The position numbers and the translations under genes are program-made. Below are positions 28,681-41,866 of a stretch of DNA of 64,000 nucleotides, in pieces. How positions within the stretch are numbered: the first letter of the stretch is position 1; every line of letters begins with the position of its first letter. The notes under the pieces are model-generated. The model had not been told where the DNA came from. It ran no database searches and saw nothing but the letters and a program-made list of their open reading frames with translations. Source of the stretch: Eledone cirrhosa (Eukaryota); contig CAXHJY010001240.1 of the NCBI GenBank assembly GCA_964016885.1, forward strand, positions 1 through 64,000. The letters are read 5' to 3'.

Positions 28681-29621
28681 TCTAGAGAGAACTTTAACCC
28701 TTTAGCATTTACATTACTCTATATATACTGTTGTATTTTCACGGTAAAGATTTTACCTCACATAATTATTTCACATAATATCGAATCTATGAGATTTTGA
28801 TATTATTTATTTTAAGAACAATACCTTAATGTCAGTATGAGTGGCCAGTTACAGCTGGTTTGAACAGAAAGAGGTAAGAGAATTCTGGCCAGATATGGCT
28901 GGTTCAAATGCTAAAGGGTTAATAAATCCTTCTAAATTCTTCATTAATCAATTCAAATACAGTTTATTTTGTTAAAAATGTTAATGAAAGGGTTAAAGGA
29001 GCCAGCATATGAAACATCTATAGAAGATCTAGTATGAAAGAATGGTGATCTGAGATATGATCTCAGATCAACTTTAATTATTTCTTTTAAAAAGCTGTCA
29101 CAGTAGATATTGTACACAACCAGAATATGGAGAAGGCTGTTGTATTATGAATTAATCCAACCCATGCCAGCATGGGGGACATGCATAAAATATAATGACA
29201 ATGTTGATGGTTTTGATGTTGGTGATAGTGATGGGGGATAATACTGATGATCAAAATCGAGAAATTAATTTAATCTTCAGCACACTCTAGGCACCTTATG
29301 TTGACAATAGAGTAATCTCCTCTTAATACATAATGCAGTGTTAAGGGAAGCAATTCATTAAAAAATTCAGTGTGCTTAAGGTTAAATTGCCTGACAACAT
29401 GAGACAATAATAATTTAAAGAAATAAACTTTGACAACCAAAAATTTAAATGTATTCATTAATATTTCAAAACTGAAATACATATATAATAAACGTCAGCA
29501 ATTTTTCAACTATACATTCATCTCAACACCCAAGTGTTAGTAAAAAGTATATAACAATTTACTTATAAATGATATATTATTTGTACAAAATCAAATGCAT
29601 ACCTATATATATACATACACA

Positions 29622-29665
<44 letters not shown>

Positions 29666-29934
29666 ATTAAAATAATTTATGCTTCTCATATAATTTACAC
29701 ACATCTTTTCAGAAGCTATGACTTATATAGATAAAATAAACAATTCCTCATATTAAAAATTAGAATGGTAAATTTATACCATCAAATGGTTGAATTATCA
29801 ACCTTAGAAATGTTTACATCTTTGAGAATAGACATTATTCCATTGGTGATTTATACAATCAATTATTTAACTCAGAGTTTTGTTGTTTAAAATTCATTTT
29901 GATGGTGATATTATTGTCATTATTAATGATAATA

Positions 29935-30096
<162 letters not shown>

Positions 30097-32087
30097 TTAT
30101 TTAATCCTGATATATCCTGGCACAATTTTTATGCAAATATTTAAAATGTTTATATAAGTTTAGCTTAATCAAGGGTGATATGCACTCCGTTGTTAGGAGG
30201 AGCCATAGAATTGCTAAAAGTGATACAATAATAAGGCAATATGACTATTTGTTGCCATTTGTTGATAAGTGAATGTTTGTCAATCAGCCAGAAGACTTTG
30301 GTGTGAATGAATACGTTGCCTACAGAAAGTAGTTGTGCGAATGGCTATTATGAAATAAATGATGGCATCATTTGTAGAGGAGTGGACTTGTTTGAAATAA
30401 CAGTAAGAAGGTTTTTAATGTAAAGAATGGAAGATATTAAACTATAATTGAATGCTCTATTGACACAAGTTGCAATGGAGTGGTTTGATAAGAAATTTCT
30501 GATCAATTTGATGAGATATGGTAGCACTCCATAATTAGACAAATATACTTGGTGGGCCTCATTACAGTTATAGCTATAAAGAGCAACAATGTTAAGATAT
30601 TCAGAATACGAAGAAATGAATAACAAAGATTTAATTTTTAAATACAACCACAATGTTTTTGACTCCAGTGTATTATTGGAACATGTTTTATTGACTCCAG
30701 GAAAGTCAATTTCAGCGGAGTGTGAATTCATAAAAACAACAGTAATAATAAAAATTACTTTGATAAATTAGGTGGTGAATTGGCAGAATCATTAGGGCAT
30801 CAGATTAAAAGGCCTCCTTATTTGCTCTGGCTCATTGCACTATGAATTCAGATCCCATCGAGATCAACTTTGCTTGTCGTCCTTTTGAGTATCAGTCCAG
30901 TACTGAGGTTGATCATTTCCCACTCTCTTTCTCTCTCTGTGCCTTTCTCTAGAAGAAATTGACTGTTTTTCAACCTGGGCTCCACCAAGTTTTAAATGCC
31001 CAAGGCACACTGTGTATAACGGACAGTGCCTCTATGACTCCATCAGGAGTTAAGATTCCACCTTCACCTTATTCTTTTGACATCAGACCATATTATCTAG
31101 GATTCTTTGGTTACACTACTATTACTGTAATTACAAATTTCTCAAGTATTTCCATTTAAAGCTATAGATCAAAGAAATAACAGCTTATTGATCTATAAGG
31201 TAAGGGATATTCAATTCCTTATCCTAACAATTTTAACAGGAAATAAACACAACTTCCATTTTGATTGTTCAGAATTATAAAGAGGTAAAACTAACTATTC
31301 CTTTGCAGATTGTGAAGATTTATCAGACCTGATTTCTGTTATGCTAAGTATATGAAAGAAAATTTCACCCATCATCACCAGCATAACTACCACCATCATC
31401 ACACCCCTACTACCACCACACCACCACAACTACCACCACACCACCACTACTACACCACCACTACTACCACCACTACTACCACCACTACCATTAACACCAC
31501 CACACCACTATCACAACGTCCACCAAAAATACATTCGAGGATTATCCCTAGTAACTTTTTTATGTCAGAGGACTTGAACATAATACTACAAATCCCCAAA
31601 CTGTTGTGTTACTATAACTTTACAACAATGAACTAAAACCACAAGAGCTAGGTGGATTTAAGATGATGGACACAATGAAGTGTTGTAACAAGACATGAAA
31701 CAAATTCTTGACTCAATGTCCAGTACCCTATTAATTTGAATTTGGCTATCTATGTTCTCATTAAGAATAGTATTAATCCTTTTCTTACAAAATGCTTTGT
31801 TTTTTAAGTGTTCACATTTTAAACAAACCTATTTTTTAAATACATCATTTTAGGGAAGTTACATTAAAACAGTATATCAATAGTATTTAAGAAAACCCTT
31901 CCAAATTCTTGATTATTTTCAAAATAGATGAAGTACATTGCTTTAAAAATATGGTATTCCAGAAAACCCTTCCAAATTCTTGATTATTTAAAAAATAAAT
32001 GAAGCACAATATATATATATAACCAAAGCAAGTTTGTTTATGAAACAGCGAGCGAAGTTTGAAATAAAATAGAAATGTCTATAATTA

Positions 32088-32336
<249 letters not shown>

Positions 32337-34044
32337 TTAATACAGAATATATCCAAAGAAGAAAAAATATATACAAAGTGACAAAAAATTACCCTTGTTA
32401 TTGAGAGCTAGTTTTACTATTATCTTGACTGTTTAATGTTTATTTTCCATCCTTGCATGAGTTAGACGGGTTGTTTCATGCTGAAGCCAGACTGGTCACA
32501 CGACCACTTGGTTTGGTTTCTATGACTGGATGCTTTTCTATTTTACAGCATGTACTAGGAGCCTAGTTTCTACAGTTGGAGGCGCTTCTTAACACCAATC
32601 CCTTTACAGTGTGCACCAGAAGCATTTTATTGTGAATCTGGCACTACCGCCATACAAGATAGACTGGCTGCTTTTCGACGTGGCACCAGTACTACCACCT
32701 TACAGGGTAGATTAGGTGTGTTAGTTTGTTAAACTAATTTTGTAACATTCAAAGAAACAACTAAATTTGATGTTTGTAACAGTAGAAGATCATATAAAGA
32801 CAAAATTGTTTAAATTATATATCTTTTATCATCCCTACACAGCTGGTGAATTGACAGAGTTATTAGAATGTAGGACAAAATGTCTTGTGATGTTTGCTTT
32901 GGCTCCCTACTCTCTAAATTCAAATCCTGTTGAGATCAACTTTACCTTTCATCCTTTTGGATAAGATAAAATATCAGTCCAGTGGTGGAATTGTTAAAAT
33001 AGCAGACAAGATATCTTGTGGTATTTGTTTAGGTTCTTTGCATTCTGAGTTCAAATCTCACTAAAATCTACTTGTATGATAGACTTAATTATTCACCCAG
33101 TTTAACATTAGCACCTGGCCCTTCAGTTTCTTTAACTGAGTACACTCTGTGGCAAGCATTCAAACCAGGTCTCCAATTTGAGGATGCCTTCCTCCCTCCC
33201 ACTATCCCAGAAGCCATAAAAAGGGTCATAGACTCTACTCTTCTCTCTTTGACTAAACAGTAGAAAAAAATTCTTAAATAAAAGAAGATTATTCATACCA
33301 CAAAACAGGGATAATTGATGTTAAATCATATATGATGATTAGAATATTCATACGTGAAATTCTATGTATTAAATTAATGGATTAAATTTAATCAATTATT
33401 GATCTCAATACTATGGGTGTGTGGTTCGAATGCCTCAGGAAAGAATTGCTGGACAGATTTTACAGGCAAAACCGACAGGAGACTCAGGGGTAACCCTGAG
33501 CAAGATGGTTGGATAACATCCATGAGCTTGGCTGGTCACACTTAGGGATCCAGCCAAATCAGTTGGAGATGGTTGCTTCTGACGGGACTGGCTGGAAGGA
33601 GTGTTTGAGGACTCTGCGCCCAGGACCCTCTCAGGAATAAGTGGGCGAAAAAGAAGAGAAGATTAAATTTAATACTTAGCAGATATTACAATTTTATTTT
33701 GAGTATAGGCAACCTTTTTCTAGTTGCAAGACTTATGAAATATTGCTCCTCATAAATCAGGTTGTATCACAAAAATAATTGTTACTATTATAGGCACAGG
33801 CCAGCTATTTTGGGGGAGGGGAAAGTCAATTAAATCGACCCCAGTGCATTACTGGTGCTTTATTTTATCGACCCCGTAAGGATGAAAGGCAAAGCTAACC
33901 TCGGTGGGATTTTAACTCAGAACGTAAAGGGCTAAAAATGATTTAAACAACATCATATGTAGTGCAGAGTATACTTTATATTACACAGCTGATAGCTTCA
34001 TGAATCATCTAGCTTCACCAAATCTTGATAGGGAGAAGAAGAGA

Positions 34045-34105
<61 letters not shown>

Positions 34106-34167
34106 TCCAGTACATGATATATACAAATACGAATAAATAAAAGTATGTAAAATGAGTCAATATTTAC

Positions 34168-34350
34168 CTGAGGGCAGTCTTTGATATAATGTCCTTTTCT
34201 AAAACATAAATGACAAAGATAGTGACTTGGAGGACGTTTGGTTGTTTGTCTGTCAGCTATGCTCAATTCACTGAACTGCTTTCTTAATTCATGAACATTT
34301 TCAAATGATGTTGAAGTTATTGGTGTAAGAGAATTAGTTTGAAATGATGC
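34168..34350 (-). CDS. ZCCHC24: ZCCHC24 exon (CCHC knuckle)
   Basis: ASFQ...QFSELSIADRQTTKRPPSHYLCHLCFRKGHYIKDCPQ; 183 nt, phase 0/0, CAG|GTAAAT donor. Confidence 0.95.
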
Positions 34351-34854
34351 CTGATGAAATAAAAATAAAGAGTTAGCAGAAACTTAAATATTAAGATAAA
34401 CAGAAAAACAAAACTCTTTTCTGTTATAAATAAACATTAGATTTTGTGATATTTCATTATAATTAGTGTTGGTGCCACATTAACACTTTAGCATTTATAT
34501 TACTCTATATATACTATTGTATTTTTGTAGTAAAGGCTTCATCTTACATAAGTATTTCACATAATATTGAATCTATGAGATTTTGGTGTTATTTATTTTG
34601 AGAACAATACCTTAACATCAGTATAAGCGACCAGTTACAGCTGGTTTGAACAGAGAGAATTTGGCCGGATACAGCCGGTTTAAATGGTAAACTGTTAAAA
34701 TTCATCCAGTACATCATTGAACTGACAACATAAGGTTGAAAGGACACAAGAACCTCTCTAGTGCTGGTATCACAATGCACCCTGTACTCTTTATAGAGTG
34801 GTTGGTGGGAAAACGGACACCAAGCCATTGAATTTATGCCAAAAATAGAATGTA

Positions 34855-35004
34855 CTAGCAGAATGGCCCGGCGTTGCTCGGGATTTGCTCTAGGGTTCTT
34901 ATATATTTGGTATATTTTTATCCTTATCGAGCCTCGTGAAATAAATACGTTTGTTTATATTTTGTTATTGTGTATGCAAAAATATCTGTACACGAATATA
35001 TAAT

Positions 35005-35035
<31 letters not shown>

Positions 35036-35449
35036 GAAAATAACAGATTAAAGTTTAAGCAAAGAATCGCTGCTTTCACCCTTAACAGGATCTTCTGAAA
35101 CTAAAAAAATCGATCTGCGAACGCAGAAGTAAATATTTCGAAAAACGTTACACACTATATATATATATATACATACACACACACATATAGCATCATAATG
35201 TCGTAATGCAGACAGCCAGACATACAGACAGTTGCTGGCCTTGTGCCTAAAGTAGAAACCATTATAAGGGCGCAACGTTATATCTATGTATCTATCTAAA
35301 AAGAAAGACTAAGAATTATAGAGAGAGATTGCTAAACGCCTAATGCGGTCCCTAAGTATTACATGTGTAAAGTGTGAAAACAATCGGTTGGGTGGTTCTC
35401 GAGTTTTAGGGAGTCAGACAGACAGACATCTCTGTTTTAGATATATAGA
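34855..35449 (-). mobile_element. Non-autonomous Helitron
   Basis: 5' A|TCTATATATCTAAAAC, 3' hairpin CCCGAGCAACGCCGGG then CTAG|T, inserted at an AT site. Internal sequence is shared with 61127-62048. Confidence 0.85.
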
Positions 35450-36419
35450 TGAATAAAATGTGGTTTTTCAACCAGTCTGGGAGGGCAGTTACTCCAAATA
35501 GGAACTGATTTGGGTCATGACAACCTGTCCAACCTCTCCAACAGCTATTCTCAGCATCCCTACATCACTCCCACTACACACATCTCCATGCCCACCCCAG
35601 CACCCCCCACATACTCACTCCTAGCTGCTGTCTCTGTAAAAGTCTCTAGACTCCCTCACTATCATACTCTGGAAGCCATTCTCCTCACTCTTATGTACTC
35701 CACCCATGCCTCCTCCACTAGCACTCCCTAGCAGCTATCCCCACCATCACTACATGCCTCAACCTGTATTCATGATAGCCTCTCTAGTGTTGGTGACCTA
35801 CACACCCAGTACACACAATAAAGTGGTTGGTGATAGGAAGGACATCCAACCATAGAAAGCTTGCCAAACAAGGGTTGTGGGGACTGTTCAGTCATGTCAA
35901 GGACATGACAGCCTCCCTAGTGTTGATGATCTACATGATAAATGCATCCAGTACACTCTGTAAACTGGTTGGTGATAGGAAGGGTATCCAACCACAGAAA
36001 GCTTGCCAAACAAGGGATTGAGAGGACTCTTCAATTTTATCAGACATGATATCCCCTACTATGCACTCAGAACATGAGACTGTACGTAAGCTAGATGTAG
36101 ACCCCTGGGCTGGCTTGGAGATCTGTAGCCTTACTTCAGTACTCACTTGGTCTATGTAGACCCGTCTAACACTTGTTAGCAGGAACAGTGGACGTTAAAA
36201 CAACGATGATGATGATAATGATGATGATGATGCTTCATTTCTAAGATAGTAACTTAACATATGGTTCTTGTATAAAATTATGCTAGAATATTTTAATTTA
36301 CATAAGAACCTTTTAAAATATATAGTTCTGTTTCATAGAAGTAAAGCTAGTTTTGTGCAGGTTATTATCAAGAGTTAAATTTATGCTTATGATGTCTAAT
36401 ATCATTTTTCTTATTCTGT

Positions 36420-36715
36420 TTTTTGCCCACTTATTCCTGAGAGGGTCGTGTGGGGGCAGAGTCCTCAAACACTCCTCCAACGAGTCCTGTTAGAAGCAAC
36501 CATCTCCAACTGATCTGGCTAGATCCCCAAGCGTAACCAGCCAAGCTCATGGATGTTATCCAACCATCTTGCTCAGGATCTACTCCTGGGTCTCTTGTCG
36601 GTTGGGTTTGTCCATAAAATCTGTCCAGCAATTCTTTCCTGAGACATTCCAATCACATGCCCATAGTATCAGAGCTGTGATCTCTCAATTTGGAGAAGTA
36701 GCGACTCTACCTTTG
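36420..36715 (-). mobile_element. RTE (Rex3/Expander-like) 3' fragment
   Basis: Homologous to 63200-63500. Other copies at about 33410-33650 (+) and 26410-26570 (+). Confidence 0.75.
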
Positions 36716-36753
36716 AATCCTAATTTATCTAAATAAAATATCTCTGATCATAC

Positions 36754-36822
36754 CTTTTTAGAGTAGACCGGTATCCCATGTTGTGTTCCTTTCTCAGGAG
36801 TTTTCAATTGTTGGAAATGACT
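36754..36822 (-). CDS. ZCCHC24: ZCCHC24 upstream 69-nt exon (SHFQQLKTPEKGTQHGIPVYSKK)
   Basis: TTTTTTTTCTCTAG acceptor, AAG|GTATGA donor, open, phase 0/0. Resembles the vertebrate segment SFFQLQ...SVYKGAS that precedes the knuckle exon. Confidence 0.8.
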
Positions 36823-37133
36823 CTAGAGAAAAAAAATATTTTTGTATAACTGCATGTTCTATTTTAATTTTTATAATTTTTATAATTTTTATAATTTTTC
36901 AAAACTGAAAATCACATCCACACAGTCACATGCACACACATGTACATATAAAATGTTCTGCACCACACTAGATTGATATGTGAAGACCAGTTGAATATGT
37001 ACCTTATTTTCTTATTTTAAAAAAGGAGTTGGCATAAGGAAGAAGGCATCAAAACATAGAGTATTGAAATCAAACCCATACCAACTGTGATGAATGCTTG
37101 CAAAAATGATGAAGATGATTATATATGTATATA

Positions 37134-37251
<118 letters not shown>

Positions 37252-37367
37252 TATAAATGAAAAGTATAGAAATTATTGTAGCAAGAAGCCAACAGTATTC
37301 CATAATATATAAGTGACTATAGATATATATATATATAAATTTTTTGCTCTACATGGCTGAATACAAT

Positions 37368-37965
37368 AAATGTAATCTGAGTTTTTCGAATATTAATAAT
37401 TGTTTCTACTTTTTGGCACAAGGCCAGCAATTACCCAGTGTATTACTGGTACTTTATTTTATCAACCCCGTAAGGATGAAAGGCAAAGTTAACCTCGGCG
37501 GGATTTGAACTCAGAATGGAAAGGGCCGCAACTCTGCGTCAAAGCATGGCGTCCGACCCTCTACCGATACGGCCAACCCACCGTTCGAATATTAATAATA
37601 ATATTCGATTCGTTTGCAATTATACAAACAAGCCTCATTTTTAAAGCCATGTTAATAGAATGAGCCCCCCATTCTTGCTCTTGTGTTGGCATGGCTTTAA
37701 AAATGAGGCTTGTTTGCATAATTACAAACGAATTGAATATTATTATTACGGTGGATTGGCAGTATCGGTAGAGGGTCGGACGCCATGCTTTCCAGCATAG
37801 TTACGTCCCTTTACGATCTGAGTTCAAATCCCGCCGAGGTTGATTTTGCCTTTCATCCTTACGGGGGTCGATAAAATAAAGTACCAGTAATGCACTGGGT
37901 AATTGCTGGCCTTGTGCCTAAAGTAGAAACAATTATTAATATTCGAAAAACTCAGATTGCATTTA
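37368..37965. repeat. Fold-back (long inverted repeat) element with a SINE inserted in each arm
   Basis: Outer arms AAATGTAATCTGAGTTTTTCGAATATTAATAAT and its reverse complement. Inner arms at about 37600-37655 and 37685-37745. Confidence 0.8.
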
Positions 37966-38026
37966 TATATATATATATATATATAGTTTTGCGAGGTTTT
38001 TTATATGAAATCGTGTGTCGAAACAG

Positions 38027-39487
38027 ATATTGTTATATTTGGGGAGGGTCATATTTGCGTAATATTGCCAGAATTAATAACAGAACACACTCACTGTTTG
38101 GTTGGTTTTCGCTTCTCGCTGTCTTTTATATATATATATCTGCGATCTAACTTACTCGGTCCTCAATGTTGCCATTGACTGACCGGCGGTCAAAAATAAT
38201 ACAGATACAATATAGACACAAACACATATATATAGTTTACATAATTTACATAAATCTTTCGTTGCACATCTGCAACATCGTCAGTGGTGTTATATTCATT
38301 GTTCCTCCTGTTGTGTTGTATGTCTACGCCATTTTTTTTTGTTCAGTCTGTCTATATATTTATTTATTTATTTGCTTGTTTGTTTATCTTATTTTATTTT
38401 GTCTTCTTTGCGCATGCGTTTGCGTGTGTGTATAGTGTTATGTGTGATGTGTGACTAGTGTGTATAGTGTTGTGTCTGCTGGGTGACTAGTGTGTGTTTA
38501 TGTGCTTGTGTATGTATTTATTTATCTTATTTTATTTAATTTTATTTACTTATTTATACTTCTCTTAGGTCAGTGTTGTTTGTTTGGGTGTTGTTGTTGT
38601 TCCACTCATTCTTTCTGTTTAGCTTTGGTCTTCTAATTTCTATTTCACTGGCCTCTCTGATTTGCCTATCTGCTGGGTCATTCCTATGTTTAGATATTAT
38701 TCTAATTTCTATGTTGTCTATGTTACCGTCATGTTGTTGTCTAGCGTGTTCGTATAGTACATGTTCGTATAGAACATGCTAGACAACAACATGACGGTAA
38801 CATCGACAACATAGAAATTAGAATAATATCTAAACATAGGAATGACCCAGCAGATAGGCAAATCAGAGAGGCCAGTGAAATAGAAATTAGAAGACCAAAG
38901 CTAAACAGAAAGAATGAGTGGAACAACAACAACACCCAAAGAAACAACACTGACCTAAGAGAAGTATAAATAAGTAAATAAAATTAAATAAAATAAGATA
39001 AATAAATACATACACAAGCACATAAACACACACTAGTCACCCAGCAGACACAACACTATCCACACTAGTCACACATCACACATAACACTATACACACACG
39101 CAAACGCATGCGCAAAGAAGACAAAATAAAATAAGATAAACAAACAAGCAAATAAATAAATAAATATATAGACAGACTGAACAAAAAAAATGGCGTAGAC
39201 ATACAACACAACAGGAGGAACAATGAATATAACACCACTGACGATGTTGCAGATGTGCAACGAAAGATTTATGTAAATTATGTAAACTATATATATGTGT
39301 TTGTGTCTATATTGTATCTGTATTATTTTTGACCGCCGGTCAGTCAATGGCAACATTGAGGACCGAGTAAGTTAGATCGCAGATATATATATATAAAAGA
39401 CAGCGAGAAGCGAAAACCAACCAAACAGTGAGTGTGTTCTGTTATTAATTCTGGCAATATTACGCAAATATGACCCTCCCCAAATAT

Positions 39488-39495
<8 letters not shown>
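38027..39495. mobile_element. Near-perfect ~725-bp-arm palindrome made of two 3' ends of a Penelope-like element
   Basis: Arms 38027-38751 and 38772-39495 with a 20-bp spacer. The right arm (+) translates EHARQQHDGNIDNIEIRIISKHRNDPADRQIREASEIEIRRPKLNRKNEW, resembling the C-terminal half of a PLE GIY-YIG domain. It ends in (TA)n. Confidence 0.8.
39238..39265 (+). ncRNA. Hammerhead-like core (incomplete), mirrored at 38257-38284 on minus
   Basis: CTGACGA-T-GTTGCA-GATG-TGCAAC-GAAA. Stem II is good, but I could not assign a convincing stem I or stem III. Confidence 0.45.
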
Positions 39496-39549
<54 letters not shown>

Positions 39550-39770
39550 TCCTCCTCATCATCATCATTGTTTAACGTCCCTTTTCCACGCTAGATGGGT
39601 TAGATGGGTTAGATGGGTTGTCCCATTAGAGGCAAGTTGGGTCAGGTGACCGTATCTTGCTCATATAGAACTGTTTCTAGCTATGGCTGGATGCCCTTTC
39701 TAATATATATATATATATATATTTATATATGATGATGATGATTATATATATGTATATACATATATATAGG

Positions 39771-39849
<79 letters not shown>

Positions 39850-39851
<2 letters not shown>

Positions 39852-40270
39852 TGCCTGCATACGAACAGCAATGTTGCATGGCAGTGAGACCTGGGCATTG
39901 TGTGCAGAGGATATACGCAGACTAGAGAGGAACGAAGCTTGCATGCTCCGCTGGATGTGTAACAGTAATATACGTGAACGGCAAAGCATAAACGAACTAA
40001 GGAAAAAATTAGAAATAAGAGGGATCAGATGTTGTTTACTCGAGAGAAGGCTACGTTGGTATGGACACGTGATGCGCATGAAAGTCGATAGCTGTATAAC
40101 AAAGTGCAAGGCAATAAAGATAGACGGTAGCCACGGAATAGGCAGACCTAGAAAAACCTGGGACGAGCTGATAAACTCCGACCTCACACACTTACACCTC
40201 TCCAAGACAATGTCACTGGACCGAGACCTTTGGCGGTACTCAGTAACAGAGAAGACCCGCCTTACCTAAA
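39850..40270 (+). mobile_element. RTE LINE 3' coding end, relatively intact
   Basis: MLHGSETWAL...RRLERNEACMLRWMC...RRLRWYGHVMRM...GRPRKTWDE. Confidence 0.9.
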
Positions 40271-40711
40271 TACATAGTAAAACCTACTACAGCCAGTAGG
40301 CATCTCTAACAAAATACCCCCTCCCCCCCCCCCCGTCCCACCACCCCCACCCCATCCACACCACCCCGTTCTATGTAAAGTTATGTTGGTGCCACACCAT
40401 CCAGGCCGAAACAAATGAGATCGTGTAGGTCTCACAACAAAAAAACACACAGTCCACGCTGTAATGTGGCCGTGTAGGCAACACGGTAAAAACATCCCAG
40501 ACCCACACTGTAAATGTGGTTGGTGTTAGGAAGGGCATCCAACTGTAGAAAACCTGCCAGACAGTCCTATGCGAGCAAGACAATCACTCTTGCCTCAAGT
40601 GGGACTACCCCCGTCCAAACCCATGCAAGCGTGGAACACGGACGTTAAACGTTGATGATGATGATGATGATGATGATATAGAAGTGGTTACACAACAGTT
40701 AGTTCACCATA

Positions 40712-40751
40712 CCAAGAACAATTGTTTCACCTTCGCGGATCTTCAGCTCGG
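40712..40751 (-). ncRNA. Minimal type I hammerhead ribozyme, inverted copy
   Basis: Minus strand CCGAG-CTGAAGA-TCCGCGAAGGT-GAAA-CAATTG-TT-CTTGG. The first pair of stem II is mismatched. Confidence 0.65.
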
Positions 40752-41389
40752 GATGTGTATGGTTATAGGAACTGGAAGGGCAACCGTACGAACACGCAGA
40801 AACTCAATCACTTCACACAGGCAATACTAGACTGCGTGCGGGAGGTGTACATTATTCTATGTACTATACATGCACCTTTGATGAGTTGTAGTGCACCTGA
40901 GCACTGTACACAATAATTTCATTATTATTTTTTTTTTTTATAACTGCGAAAGTCCGGAAAGTTTTTAGGTTGAAAATAAAATTTAAAAAAATTTAAAATA
41001 AAATTACAAAGAATCAGTCCGGGATTTCCCCTTGCGTATGGCCATACGCAAGGGGAAATCCGACGTGTGGCTTATGTATCGACGAACGAATAACTATCCT
41101 AAAGAGATTACGCAATAGTGATTGCCTAAACACGAGAAGTGAATTTTTCACACGTTGTCCACACGTCACCAAACATCTATTGCATAACTACAAGGCTCCG
41201 GACTGATTCTTTGTAATTTTATTTTTTATTTTTTTAAATTTTATTTTCAACCTAAAACTTTCCGGACTTTCGCAGTTATTTCCCTTACACCTCCCGCACG
41301 CAGTCTAGTATTGCCTGTGTGAAGTGACCGAGTTTCTGCGCATGCGCGTTCGTACGGTTGTCCTTCCTGTTCCTATAACCATACACATC

Positions 41390-41429
41390 CCGAGCTGAAG
41401 AGCCACGAAGGTGAAACAATTGTTCTCGG
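41390..41429 (+). ncRNA. Minimal type I hammerhead ribozyme (Penelope-associated type)
   Basis: CCGAG-CTGAAGA-GCC(ACGAA)GGT-GAAA-CAATTG-TT-CTCGG: stem I CCGAG/CTCGG, intact core boxes, palindromic stem III ACAATTGT, GUU cleavage triplet. Confidence 0.8.
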
Positions 41430-41523
41430 TATGATGAACTAACTGTTGTGTAACCACTTCTATCTAACTCGTCCCTTGGACTGAGTGCTCTACCACTACG
41501 GATATTACCTCCCAGTGTTCCAC

Positions 41524-41579
<56 letters not shown>

Positions 41580-41584
<5 letters not shown>

Positions 41585-41695
41585 AACGAGTAGGACCCCG
41601 ACGGCTGAGCTCAAGCCGTTTCGACGGCTAATTTAGTCCAGAATTAGCCGTCGAAACGGCTTGAGCTCAGCCGTCGGGGTCCTACTCGTTCCTAT
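41580..41695. repeat. Perfect 54-bp-arm palindrome built from the 3' half of a hammerhead
   Basis: Arms 41580-41633 and 41642-41695, loop TAGTCCAG. Each strand reads hairpin-GAAA-CGGCT(TGAGCTC)AGCCG-TC-GGGGTCC, with no CTGANGA box. Confidence 0.85.
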
Positions 41696-41771
41696 TACCC
41701 ACTCTACTACCCTAAGTATTGAGTACTTTGGTGCGTTATGGTCCATCTGGTTCCTTACCACATTTCCTTCG

Positions 41772-41866
<95 letters not shown>

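Larger units (their letters stand above)
40678..41463. repeat. Nested inverted repeats (outer arms 40678-40849 and 41286-41463; inner arms 40940-41022 and 41198-41279; perfect 40-bp palindrome 41022-41061)
   Basis: Arms read directly as reverse complements with a few substitutions. Core palindrome GGATTTCCCCTTGCGTATGG|CCATACGCAAGGGGAAATCC. Confidence 0.9.

Noticed and set aside
29240-29280. CTGATGA...GAAA hammerhead-like spacing
   Set aside because: No stem I pairing can be formed, so it is probably chance.
38166-39356. Duplicate hydrophobic ORFs on opposite strands
   Set aside because: Mirror translations of the palindrome arms in non-coding or antisense frames.
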